A stretch of DNA of 64,000 nucleotides. Source: Phoronis australis. Lineage: Eukaryota; Animalia; Phoronida. Shown here piece after piece: positions 26,030 through 38,858 of the stretch. Positions within the stretch are counted from its first letter, which is position 1; each line of letters opens with the position of its first letter. The stretch lies in NCBI GenBank assembly GCA_002633005.1, contig NMRA01000039.1, positions 24,871-88,870 of the forward strand. The letters are read 5' to 3'. Under the pieces are notes generated by a model. That model made no database searches. It saw only the letters and a program-made list of their open reading frames with translations, and had not been told where the DNA came from. The translations under genes were made by a program, and so were the position numbers.

Positions 26030-27911
26030 TTATGATGATAACTCATTCTTGATTTCAAGCCTTAACTCATTCATTGAGGCAAACTCGTGGGCAGCAGCAG
26101 CATCAGCATCTTCAATATTCTGAATATTTCCGATTCGAGACGCGGCAACCATACTGGAAAAATCCAGCAATCTGCTACTCCGACAGCCACTCTTCAGAGG
26201 AGAAAACTTTTCTTTGCTTATTCCTGGCTTCTCGCATCATCTTTACAATCTCAGCTGGCTGTTGTTTTCTGCCTGACTGTTCACCTTCAGAAAATATATC
26301 ACTGGGTTAAGTCTTTACCTTCTCAGAGAAGCGAACCGCTTTTCTAGTACTTTTCAGGGCCCAATCCTGCAGCGATTTAATCAACAACGTAAACGGCCGA
26401 CTCACGTAAACTCAGGTGATGATACAGCTTTGGTAGTAGATAAAGTCTCAGGTTGTCTTGAAATGTGGTCTAACTGAGTCTCGTTCTGGAGGGATGATGA
26501 ATGAGCACCAACATCCAAGTGCTCATTTAGCTCAGCATCTGTAGGAACAGATTTCGAGCACCCATAGTGTGTGCATGTGAACTTCGTATGACGTTCACGG
26601 GATACCAGCCCCGACACAACCCTTGGAGTTGTAAAACACTCGAGTGTTGCAGGGTCAAGACTTTTCAGAGGCTACAGTTTACATGACTTGTTGATGACAA
26701 GTTTTCCCTCCCCTACTCTATGGGCCTTCCATGCTCGAATGCCATCTGCGGAATACTCAAAGTTTGTCAGAAAACTTATCCCTGGGATACTGTGCTTGGG
26801 AAAAACCTTTGGTGCATTCACACTACAGGACGACACCAAGCACCCTTTGACACCTCCTCTAGACTCTAGAGCATGTTTCAGGTCGACTGCATTTTGAACG
26901 TTGTTGCCTTCATTGACGAAGTACTTGGCACGGGACTTCAAGGGTGCGATTTTCCTGTCACAGATGTCTTTTCCCTTCTGACTTTCACTGAAGTCGTAGC
27001 GCAGAATGGAGATGCCGGTTTTACCAGATATGTAGAACAAATGAATCAGAAGGGCGGCTGAACGGTAACAATTGGCATTGTCGGAGCGTAGGAAAGCTTC
27101 CGTTATTTGTGGATCCCTAGCTTTTATCTGCCTTAGCACATCTAGCGTTAAACAGCAAACAGTGAAAAAGTCTTGCTTGCAGGCATCTAGAGTATGGATG
27201 TAAGTATGTACCTGAAATACAATAATTATGTAACTCAAATAGGTCAGCTAGTTTAAAGAACTACCTTATTATATCTTATTACCACCTACACTGCAATCAC
27301 ACCACTCAACTTCAAACATGGTTCGTCTCAACACGGTTATTATATCAATAGCTCCTTCAAAACATTTCTAGGGAGTAGTGAAATTTCTCGTTCACAAAGA
27401 TATGAAAATCATCCATAAGTACAAAATGGCTTCAGCTAAAATGAAGGCTTGTGTGCAAAATCTAAGAGAAAAATAATGCATCACTGTCAAGCTTTTGTTG
27501 GGAAATGGCAAGAAAAAGACTAGATATTAAGTGCACACTCCCTGTATCTTTTACTGTAACAGTAAATCAGTATACTAAAAACAGGTAAAGGCAACAACAT
27601 TGTTCATCACTGGCTTTCTGTTTAATATTGAGCACATCTGAGAATTACTTTGAAACACCTTGAATACTAATTAACGATTTATTTTTACCTGATGGCTTTC
27701 ACCTTTCTTTGTGATACAAGCCGCCACATGCCTTGAGATCCTTTTTACCAAACCAGTCGGACTGTGCTTCACGGAAACTGATGGGTATGAACTTCATTGC
27801 GAAATCCATTACAACCAAAACTTGGTGTGGGGTGAGGGATGACATCAGATCCTGTTTTGCTTGTTCCTGGTTTATCCTTCTGATAATATTCTGTGTTCGT
27901 GATAACAGCAC
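26030..27911 (-). pseudogene. Sola3-like DDD transposase relic no. 1 (with intron 27212-27688)
   Basis: VMDFAMKFIP..REAQSDWFGKK(fs)ISRHV..HQ|VHTYIH..RSDNANCY..YDFSESQKGKDICDRK..AWKAHRVGEG, C2H2 finger FTCTHYGC..LNEHLDVGAH, WALK; frameshifts present. Confidence 0.78.
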
Positions 27912-28849
27912 GTCAGTTTTTGTATAAAACCAAGTCCAAACTCATGTCGATGTGTAAAATATATAACGGCGCATTTCCATTGGTTTGCCAGTCCAACCTC
28001 CTATCTCCAGCTCTGGCAAGAATCAGCTGTAATTCCGATATACTTTCAAACTTCTGTGGCACTTTGTACGACCTCAGATGACTTCTAACGTCTTTAACAC
28101 AGCTAATGAAGGCCACATTAATGTCAAACTTTGTCACCAAGTTTCCAAGTCTGATTTTTTGCCGTTCAAAAAATGCAGTTTTACTGACATGAAAAAATGC
28201 AAAATGTGACTTTATAGTCAAATAGGTCATATCTCGGTAACCAAAGGTCATTGAGTACAAATATTGCAGCAGTGTACTTTGGGCCAGCATCCCAACGCAT
28301 GCACAAAGTATTAGTTCTGTATGAATGTTTGAGCATATAGTGATTTCCATATGGTTTTTACATGGAATCATTCTTAATTGTTGAACTGTAACGGCTGCTT
28401 TGTAGTTGTTTCGTCTAATGTCGGTTCAAAGTCCCGTGTTCCTGCCATATTAACTATTGGGTAGGCCTAACGTTTTGAGAACCTTGTTTGGTTCTGTTGT
28501 ATGACAAACTTTATTAATCATTTCTAGATAACCGTCACTTCAAGAATAAACCGATCAAACGAAGCTGACACGTTGTGTATTATCGCCCACAATAATACCC
28601 TATTTCTTATCAACGAACTCTGGGCTCAGTTATTAATTATGTTATTAGAAAATGTCATTAAACAAAGAGGAGCTCATAACAAAGATGAATGGACAGAAAA
28701 TATTGCATCTGTAAGTTCATCAACACATATACTGAGGGAATTTAGTTGAGTCCCTATTTGGGACTGTTTCAAGTCACAGAAGAAAATGTAAGTGGTGATT
28801 GTACTAAACCATCTCAAATACAATTGATTAATCGATAGATGCTTACAGA

Positions 28850-28965
28850 CACACGCAGCCCACGCACGCACACAAACACGCACGTCTACGCACGCACACA
28901 CATAAGCACGTGCATACATAAATATGAGTACATGCACAAGCTAGTGCATGCACATGCAAACACGA
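28850..28965. repeat. Degenerate (CA/CACG) microsatellite
   Basis: cacacgcagcccacgcacgcacacaaacacgcacg...; similar tracts at ~2490-2555 and ~4671-4750. Confidence 0.7.
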
Positions 28966-29159
28966 ACAAAAGAGGTTTGATCACTCACTGCCTGTATTAA
29001 AAGCTGTTGGGGACACACAGCTTTTCAGTAATTCCAGAGCGTTATAGTTGCCATGATTAGAGATACAAGATTACAGAAAAGACATGCATTCCTGGAAATT
29101 ATAACTTGACCAATAGTAGCATCAGAATTCATACCCGAGTTGTCGACACACATTTTGCT

Positions 29160-29760
29160 GCGTGGACACTGGGGCCATAATGAAGGTTCAAACAGTCTAA
29201 CATCATAAGTGGACACCGTGTCCATAACGTTAGTTGTCTGTTATATGTATCTGTGTCCACAAAGGAAGTTAACATAACACAATCTAAAGTGTGCACAGAT
29301 TTATTGCATTACAAGTAGACACCGTGTCTATAATGAACCGTAGGGTGTATGGAATATGCAGCTGTGTCCACAAAAAAGGCTACCTGAACACGCACTCTAG
29401 TGTCTGAAGTTGATAACATAACAAGTGGACACCGTGTGCATAATGTACATATACCAATAAGGTACCTGTGTGTGATATAAGTATGCATCTGTGTCCCGAA
29501 GAAGGTTAACATGACACAATGAAATGTGTGTACATGTACATACATGTATGAGTAGCATCAAAAGTGGACACCTTGTCCGTAATATACTGTAAGGTGCGTG
29601 TTTGTTGTAATACAATGTATGCAACACTCCCGCCATAAATAAGTTTCATACAGGTACTGTAACACTCTATGGAGTGTACAAATGTCTAACAACACACATG
29701 GACACCGTGTCCCTAATGTTTGGTGTTTTTAATACGTATGTCTGTCCACAAGGTAAGTTA
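29160..29760. repeat. Degenerate minisatellite (mostly ~105-140-bp unit) with palindromic core GGACAC-C-GTGTCC
   Basis: aagtggacaccgtgtccataa variants at ~29162, 29207, 29313, 29423, 29562 and 29698; second motif ctgtgtccaca..aag.ttaac between them. Confidence 0.75.
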
Positions 29761-31299
29761 ATATAATGAAATCACTTGAGCTTGTGAATCTACGGTTTTA
29801 TAGACGGGGGGGTTAGTCAAGTAGGATTCATTTTTGTTGTGCTGGCGGCGTTTTTCTTTCGTCGTTCCTCCTGAAGGGGTGGGGGTTTAAACCTGACCTG
29901 CACGAGAGCAGATTCTATTGTCATCGATGATTGAAAACAGCAAGCACAGAGCTGAGATTGGTTACTGCGTCAATCATGATTCCTCAGTCTGTGTTTGAAG
30001 TCACTTTCTGACTTCTTAAAATCGTAACTACATTATTTCGAATGCAGTCTTCCCAGCCCGTGTGTGTTAACACACAATACCGGGTGATTAGCGTATGTCC
30101 GAGTCTTTACACCAAGGAATTGATAGTCTGGAAATGCAATCCACACAATCTTCGGAGCAACGGCCCTTCGGTGTTACAACTCATCTACCATAAAGGAAAA
30201 ATCCAGGCGGGAATCAGGGTCGGACCCAGGATTTTGAGTTTGCGGGGCCAGGGCAGAGTATTAGCCAGGATTTTGGTCGTCAAACATTCGCACTCCCAAA
30301 CTGCCAAATGGAATCTGGAAGAATTTTACGTGAGCATGGCCCCCNCCCCCCCCCCCCCCCCCCCCCTATAAATCTGCCACTGCTAATAACTGCGTTTTCA
30401 TCGTTGGCGTTAAAAATAAATCAGTGATTCAGAAACAAAAACGCATACAATATTGAGATCTACGACACAGGTTACAAAGCAAATTCAGTTTGTCATCTGG
30501 CGATTGGTTGACAGTGTTCAGTTTTTTACTCTTCCAAGAAAGCCTGATTTCAAATTTCGTGATAGAAAATTCTAAAAAACGTATCGCATTCTTCAACGTT
30601 TAATAGCAGCGGTGCGAACTTATTTCACCGAGGTTTACCAATATTTCTTCGGTTTGAATTCCTTTACAAGTTGACACTCAACTTTAGGTTTCGGTTTTGG
30701 TTTAGATTTTGAAGAGGTAAGATATATGCATAAGAAATATCCAAATGCCCTGGGTTGCAATCATACGTACTGAGATGGTGAACCGAGAGGTGCAAGTCAA
30801 AGCATCATAAAATTTGATAGTTTTTTAACATGTGAAACGTGTGATTACAAACTCTAGGCCTACAGTCGAAGCACACCTGACGACAAGACTTAAATATAGA
30901 CTATTGATTGACATTAGACCTGGATCCCAGAGCTTTTCGGGCATGAAAAGCCTCTATGATTATCCTCATGCTTGGGACTGGTTGTCTGGTAAGTTCGCTC
31001 TGATGGGTCTGGTCAGGTGAGCCAAGAGAATGACTTTAGAAAATTGATCTTCATGTAAATCATGTTTTCTGGAAACCACTAAATACTGCCTTCGATAACT
31101 ACTATGTAATTCATTGTGTCAGAATTGGTTACTACCAGAAACTTTCAGTGGTGGGGAGTATCAGCAGAGACCGTAGAGCGGAAGACAAATCGCCTAGCGA
31201 AATCCCATTGGACGGCCACTGACGGACACTGGTGTTTCATGGGCTGTAGAGTCCTCTAGCGGACTTGTGGGAATCAATAAACAAATATGGCAAGATACA

Positions 31300-31390
31300 T
31301 GTATGACGGCTCCGGTCGGTAAAAATAACGGTGCTTTTTGTACTGCCTACAGCTGCAGCAACTGTTCATTAAAAAATCGTGACTTATGCG
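31300..31390 (+). mobile_element. Possible THAP-domain 5' remnant
   Basis: GAFCTAYSCSNCSLKNRDL resembles THAP C-x4-CSN; remainder absent. Confidence 0.35.
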
Positions 31391-33479
31391 TGCCGATGTT
31401 GGTATTGCTGCACAAGGCATATTATGTTAATACCGGGAGGAGAATATATGTCGCACTGTAACAGAAACCTAGAAAGTAGGCCCATAATATATGTCGCAAA
31501 ATCACCGACCTTTGTCGGAACCTTCATGTGACCGAGACCTTACGGAGCTCGTTTCATCAGTTTCATTTTACCTCTTTGCAGCATTAAACAATCATCACCC
31601 TGGAGATATCTAGCTGGGTTTCATACTTTGGTTGTTAAGACCGCTCAATTAAACTTTGGCAAACTCCCAAAGATTTAAAGTGACATTAATGGTTGCTAGT
31701 AGTAATTCACTCTTTACAGTGACTCATTACCAACTGGTAGGCCTACCATCTTTTCATATTTCATTGCCGAGTTACATGGAAATCATCGTTTCGTAATACC
31801 GCGATGAGATACGGAAGAAGTAGGAAACTCAACAATGTTAAAATAGGTAGCAAACGTTATTTAACGAACATTTTATAGCAGACCTGAGCAAAAAAATGCG
31901 GATTAGTACGGACTATATGTTCGATTAAATACGTGCTGTCTTTAAAATTGCAAAGCGTGAGAGGCTGCATATAATCCTACCTGTGGAGACTTCAAATTCT
32001 GAACGAATTGAACGTTATTCCGAAGACCTACAGTGTCATATAGTGGGAAATATAATGCAAGTTGTGCAGTGTGTTGTTTTCTTGCGCACAATGATTTCGC
32101 AACACGTTGATGCGTTGGCGTCATTCATTTGTTTACAGCCAGTTGACTACGTTAGTTTGTGTTTATTGGCGCTTTCACAAAACCATTTTACATTTTTGTG
32201 GACGGTTAGAACATGTCCTCTGAGGCAATACGCCGTCCAGCGCAGATTCAAGAGCGCGTTTTTACAGATATTAAGAAATGAGCATAATTTTTTTATATAA
32301 GGAATTCGCCGTGTTTGTCGTGATAATTATGCAATGTCAATAACCAACAGGTCCATTGATTAATCTGATCTTTTCACTACTTCAAGAGCAGTCCATCACT
32401 ATTCCAAAACTGGAGTATTCTTAGCATGAAAAACATAGATAAATAAAATTGGTTGTGACATAACTTCGTGAAATATTTTTTTTCAAATGCAAGTAATTAA
32501 GAAAAGTACCAACTAAATACGTTAACGTGCCTAAAAGTTCGAATTTTCGATGTTATGCTTTTACGGAAACGCCTTCAAATTTTATTGAAAAATCGGTAAA
32601 TCTTGTGTCCAAACTACTCAAATGAAATTTGGATAAGACACTGTGTGATAGCCAAATCACCAATATGAATTACTTTAGCATTGGAATGGTCCTTGGGTAC
32701 ACATTTTTAAGGGAATATATATATCAAAAATTAAAAGCGAGACAGCTATAATTGTCTCGAAAAATTTCGCCAACACTGCAAACAATGACCCGTTTCCTTA
32801 CCCTGTAAATGAGTACGCACAACCGCCGGTAGGTGTCAGGCATCCCGATGACGTCACTGCACGGGAAACCGACTGGTGATGAAGTTTGCAAAAACTCTAA
32901 ATTTAAAGTTATTTAATTAAACATTAGATGAAAGCATGGCAAAACTGAATAAAATACCAATTTTTAAGCGTGTTGTGAACACGGGGATAATAAAATCATG
33001 ATTCTAGGTTAAAAATTAAAGAAGTTATGGTTGTTTAAAGTGGGCCCAATTCTTCCGACTAGTGGCGGATAAGTGCACTTTTCAACCGCGTCAAGATGAT
33101 CTACATGTATGCTGCAAACATGGGGACCCTAACAACAATGTCCAGGCCAAGTACATTAAAGAGTTTAACAAGCACGGCACTTAATAAAAGCTCTCCTGGT
33201 TTTCAAACGTGGATGTGTCACGTGGTTCTTTTCTCGGCTGCTTCCGGCCCACATCAAGGCCAAATGCCACGGATTAAACGTGACGTCTGCAAATAAATGG
33301 GCCGCCACGTTTCCTCCCGTCCTCATGTTTCCTACGCACCTAAAAATTTGCCCTAGTAACAATGTCACTAGGTGGAAAAAGCAGTCCCACTTTAGACCAC
33401 CATAACTTATAAAAATTAAAAATTAAAGAAGTTTTTGTTTTTTAAAGTGGGACCGCTTCCTTGAATTGTGCCCAATTAA

Positions 33480-34313
33480 AGGAGAATGCCACCCGATTTT
33501 ATTAGTCTTTTTTACCGTCTTAATCGGTCTATATCCACATCGCCTCTTATACGGTCGACCTCACCTTGCCGAGAGGTGTCGCGTTAACGTGTGAGGAAGG
33601 TGAGAAGCGACGCAGCGACGTCAGTGGTTCGTCTGCAGAGTGAACGCTTTTATATTGCAGTGCATCGTTCCCACTCGTCCGAAATGTGAAGCTGCGAAGA
33701 AAGCGGATATATCGTTTATTCGACTTCTCCGAAAGCCCGAAATGCTTAGGAAGTGACTCGCAGTAGTGAAGACTGAAAGGTATGCTGTTAATAGCAAGTA
33801 CATGTATGAGGCCGTGAAACATCTCTGTGTCTGTGGCCGGCATTTCGTCAACAGCGTTTTCTCTGACAACTTCCGGCTTACCAAAGAACTATCCATACGT
33901 TCGGTTGCCTATGCATATTCACCGGCCTCACTAGTATTTCTTGATCAGTGTATTCCGGCTCGAACTAATAGCCTGTAAGACCTAACGGTCCGACCCGTGA
34001 AGTCTTCGTCGAATGAGCACCTGACTAAGTCGGGATTGGCGCCGGAAGAGTTGCCATCTAGATGTTTTTATTGTGCGTTCTGCTTGAAAATGAATTATTC
34101 TCATCCTAAAAGAATCCTAACCGATGCTTATATGAAACTGAAACAAAGTCTGTCTCATTAGATACAACTTGTACATGTAATGCCTTGGGGTGCTCGTGAG
34201 TGCAAATGTTTTAAGAAGCCAGCAATGAATAAACCACTGCGTTACCGGGTCTCAATGCCGGCAACAAAGGTAATTGACCGTGTATCGAGGCCAGATGAGC
34301 GCGTGCTAACTCA
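33480..34313 (+). mobile_element. Kolobok-like element (THAP relic), 3'-truncated
   Basis: TTAA|AGGAGAATGCC terminus; ~33655-33865 reads CIVPTRPKC..DISFIRL..PEMLRK*LAVV..HLCVCGRHF; inverted homolog at 46765-47515. Confidence 0.75.
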
Positions 34314-35345
34314 GCATGCGCGCACCCAGGGGGGCTCGGGGGCTCGAATGAGCCATCCCCCATGTGACGAAGTGGGCAAAAAGGTCCGCCTCTGAGAGAC
34401 AAAAAGTCCGATAAAATGAGGCATAAGCCCATTAAACATGCGCAAACGCGCAATTCACAGTGGTGCTTCCTTTTTTTCTTCAGTCCGCACGCTTTGTTAT
34501 TATCGAAAAGTCCACAAAGCCAGGAATTTGAGCCCCTACATATTGAAGGCTGGGTGCTCGCATGCAAGGCGTCTTCACTCTTAGCGCAAAGGCCCGAGCT
34601 CGAACCCAGGTCGGGGTAGAGATCTTTTCAAACATACACTGTGAGCTACATGTATAGGCCATGAGATGTGACCAACTGTCAGGCTGGATACGGCAACTAT
34701 GCAAACGGTCAGATTCACATGTCCGGTACATTCGCCAACACATCCCAAAGAGTCAAAGGAGCTTGGTCTCTTTCAAAATATTTTGAAAAATGATAACACA
34801 AATCAGGAAATATCACGTGGTAAGATATTAGCTAATAACATACAAACAAGCTGGGTAATTAACTGTCAAGCAACCACCGAGGGTACTGAAAGAACAAAAC
34901 AATTATAATCAACCTGCATTTGCTACTAAGGTAAATGCAATAGGGGTAGACCCAAATGGCAAAAAACAAAGTAGTAATGATGTAACTTAATTATATCGAT
35001 AGCCCCAATGAGGTGAAATACATGTGCATTCGTGTCACCAAAACATTGCGTTTACTGAGGTCAGAGATGGTTTTCAATTCTTCCCATTTGAAATGAGCTT
35101 TGAGAGGAATTTGGATCATGATTGACTAGCATTCATTGTTTTCCTAATATATAAAATATTAAATCTGCTTTATCAGAAAATGTACTTGAAATCGTGGTGA
35201 CGTGTCATTTTTGCAGAGTTTGCATTTTGTATGTTTGAGCCTTAACAAACCAATTACCTAAATCAACAGTTTCTCTTATTTAAGCCGGCGATTATAGCAT
35301 GATAATATTAAAATAAGAGTGTTCGAAATAATATTTTACTGGCAG

Positions 35346-38300
35346 AGCATGTTTTCAACAACAAAAATGAGTAACATACAAAATAGATCAAAAGCTATAT
35401 TTTGATGGCTGAAATAACCAACGTATACTGCTCATAATTCTGTGCCATTTATTAAAATATAACAGTTTTGTGTTAGACAGGGGAGATAGTCCACTGACCA
35501 CTTTTTGGGGCTAATTTTAGTGGCCATTTTTGTGACCTTCTTACTCTCATAAAACACCTTGTAGCCTTATGTGACGTTTTGAACATACATGTACAGTTAA
35601 AGATTTAGTCTTGATGTCTGAGCAATAAAAAATCTTGCCTCAACTTTGCACTTTAGCGAAAATTGTCTTGCAAAACTGTCTATTTTCATATTTTGGAAAT
35701 GACCAGCAAAATTTACAGACCATTTGAATAAACTTTTTTTTCTTTTAGACAAGAAGTCTGCTTTAAATAGTTATATAAACCAAGTCTCAACTCTTTAAAA
35801 TGAAAACAAGATGTTTTCCGGGTTTATTACGCGGCTAGTATCAAAACTGAACCCGATGACCTTTGCCCACTGAGGGAGTCAGTTGAGTTTAAGCTTGAGG
35901 ATATATAAAATGTACGTGTAACCCTCTTGTATTCTTTCATTTCTATTACATTATCGGGTTAATTTAAACACTCTGCAGGACTTTTAAATGGAAATAAATG
36001 CCTTTAAGATTAAAGGAGTAAGAATTGATATTTGTAATGACTGGTTTTGAGAGAAGCAAGTGCATTTTGAAAAGACAAAATGGCGGACGATGTCGATGGG
36101 TCTTCATGTTCCTTTAGAGTTTCATCTGCAAAAATTCCGATCACAAAAGCTTTGTGCTTTAGTGAGTTATGTCAGACACCAATGAACATTTGAGATACAG
36201 GAAAGTACATTTAACTCACAAAGCAATGCCTCTGCCAGAGTACGGACTCGTACTACCCAGAGCCGGTGAATTTCTGACTGAACAGGACCAGTCATGGATG
36301 AGTCAGGTAATGCTGAATGTTACCACTCTGCTCCTCTCCTCCTGAACGTAGGAGCCTTGTCAAATTCTGCCGGCATTTCTGTTTCGATATATGACTTTAG
36401 TGAAAGTCAGAATGGAAAGGATGTTTGTGATTGCAAGATCGCTCCACTCAAGCCGAAGGTAACAATATCATAAACTTTCTGGATTTGAAAGAAGAATTAC
36501 TTTCCAGTGGCCGTGTGAAGGGGATGTTATGTGTATGCATGTTCAGCCAATGCAACAAAGTATTTTCCAAAATACTCAGTTCCTGGTATAAGCACATTCC
36601 CAATTTCCCACTATTCCACCCAAGGAATTCGCGTGTGGAAATCATTCCATGTAAGTGACGGTAAGTTCTTACAAATACTCAGAAAATGGGAAACATATTT
36701 CTCTCAAATACACTAACATCTCTAGACATGGCGGATTTTCAACACCAGGAGTTAAGATTGGCATTGTATCTAGTGAAGAGCCTCAACAAAAGTTCCCTTG
36801 TACCCAGCAAGGTTACTTGAAATTTTTTGCTACAGACGCAGAACTAGGTCAGCATTAGGATGTGGGTAACCATACTGAACATTTACAGAGGGAAACCACG
36901 TATGACCACATCGCACGAAAGTGGTCAGAAATGTTCTCAGATGCAAGAACCGGAGCGACATTTGAGGCAGCCTCAGAGTACTATTTGGATGACACAAATG
37001 CTGAAGCAATAGGTAAGGCATTGAAAAAAAGTTAAAGGTCAACAAGATTTTCAGCAAAGGTTAAGAAATTTCTGACGAACATATTCGATGAAGGAGATAA
37101 GTCAGGTAAAAACGTTCACCCTCGGAAGTGCCAAAATGGAGAAAACATTACGAGAACCCACTGGGAAAGTGTTTACCTGTGATGTTAAGTGAATCGCAGA
37201 TTGGTGGATTTTTTCGAGGTTGTCTGCAGCAATGTTTATGACAATGCTATTTCTGCTGAAGATGCTGTTATGTCGTCAGATTTATTGAATGAAGTGGTAA
37301 ATGAGCTCAGCGTTTAGCCTAGTGTTGTAGCATACCACTGAAAGATGTGTGATATATGAAGTCGAGACCGTTACTTCTGTTTACTTCATGTCTGTCATGA
37401 ATGAGTCATTAATATAATTGTCTCTCGTGAATTATTTTCTATTGACTGTGAATGTGTACCTTTTTATACCACTGATGATCACATTGGCAGAAATATTCAG
37501 CGTCATCTTAAGGTGCCCGGTGTGTGGGGGGAACACCAGATTTCTGGCGACTGGTGGCGACTAAAATTTGTAGCAACCAGCAGGGACATTACAATATGAA
37601 CCCAAAGTTACAATGACTATTGACAAGTTGAAGGATTTTTTGCACTGAACACTAGGGGGTCATATCCACCTTGGGTGCCTTCCTTTACCTGTGGAACGAA
37701 TAAGGCAGATAGAAAACAAGGCAGGGGTGAGTTCAATAACACTAGAACCTCTCTAAAATTTATCCAAAACCATATGTTCTCATTTAAAATGCAGGGCAAT
37801 ATCTCGCGAAGTCTTGAATTATAGCAAGGTCCTCGTGTTACTGCTCTTATCCTAGATGCTCTTCAGTCTCCACGTAAACAAAAGCAGCGCCAACTATCAC
37901 TTATAAGCACGCATGCCAGTTGATTTACTTACATATTTTTTGTAATAAGCAATAATCATCAATGCCGTTTTCAGAGAATGGTAATTAATAATGCTGTCTG
38001 CCTTTTCTCCCAAATACAAGGTTTTTATGTCGTGTTTGGCAAGCTAATTATATGTTTCAAGAGCCCCCTATTGGCAGCAGAGGCAACTGAGAACATGCAA
38101 AAGGACGAAGTGCAGTTCGTGTAATGCTTTGTACGCAAAAACTACATTAGAGGCAAGATTTTTTTTATTTTAGATTATGAACAGGTTAGGAATGACGGAA
38201 CAAATTATTTTAAAGTCAATTTCAGGAAAGGTGCGTTATGGCTGCTACAGCGTGACATATTTGACCGAAAATGGCTACAGTGAAAACCTGAAAATATCCG

Positions 38301-38634
38301 TTTTTGCCTCACAAATTCAAAACGTACAAATTTAAAAATGGAGTTTGAAAGTTATGTCATTAAATTATTCAGTCATTGCCCTTTCAATTGGTATTATTCA
38401 TTTGTTTTGACCTTACCACACATGCTAGTAAAATGCATTCAAACATGCCTACTTCGACGCCCAATTTTGTTGCAAAATGGAGGTAAAGGTCATAAAAAGA
38501 AAAAGAATGAATGAAAATTCTTAAAAAGTGAGTTTTCTCTATATCTCAACAAACCAAACTCATGTGCTAAGTTTCAAAATAATCGGTGATTTTGGGTATA
38601 GACTCTACCTGTTGGTTTTTATTTGGAGTCACTC
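35346..38634 (+). mobile_element. Sola3-like element no. 2, left end deleted
   Basis: ~36290-37320 relic SGNAECYH..YDFSESQNGKDVCDCKIAPLK..PGISTF..IRVWKSFHV..FPCTQQG; right terminus ...GTCACTC|TTAA (Sola3 CTC end and TTAA target); empty TTAA site in the mirror arm at 43199-43202. Confidence 0.75.
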
Positions 38635-38858
38635 TTAAATGACGCGAAACTTCCTAGAATATCAATTTCAGTATAGGAATTCTTGTCTCGGTTAAGAATT
38701 GTTTTTTTCGGCAGATTTGCTAATATCTTGTTAAGAAAGTGTGAAATACACAAGTCCAATCTTTCAATTCACTTTAATAAACACCTACACTTGTTTACAT
38801 CCTGCGTCAGAAATATAACTGGAAAAAGTGATTCTATTTTGGTAACGTGAAAATAGAC

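Noticed and set aside
26672-27238. Functional or domesticated transposase gene
   Set aside because: Frameshifts upstream and downstream, and the N-terminal part is missing.
29160-29760. CRISPR-like repeat/spacer look
   Set aside because: Repeats are degenerate, spacers are mostly long and related to each other, there are no cas genes, and the context is eukaryotic.
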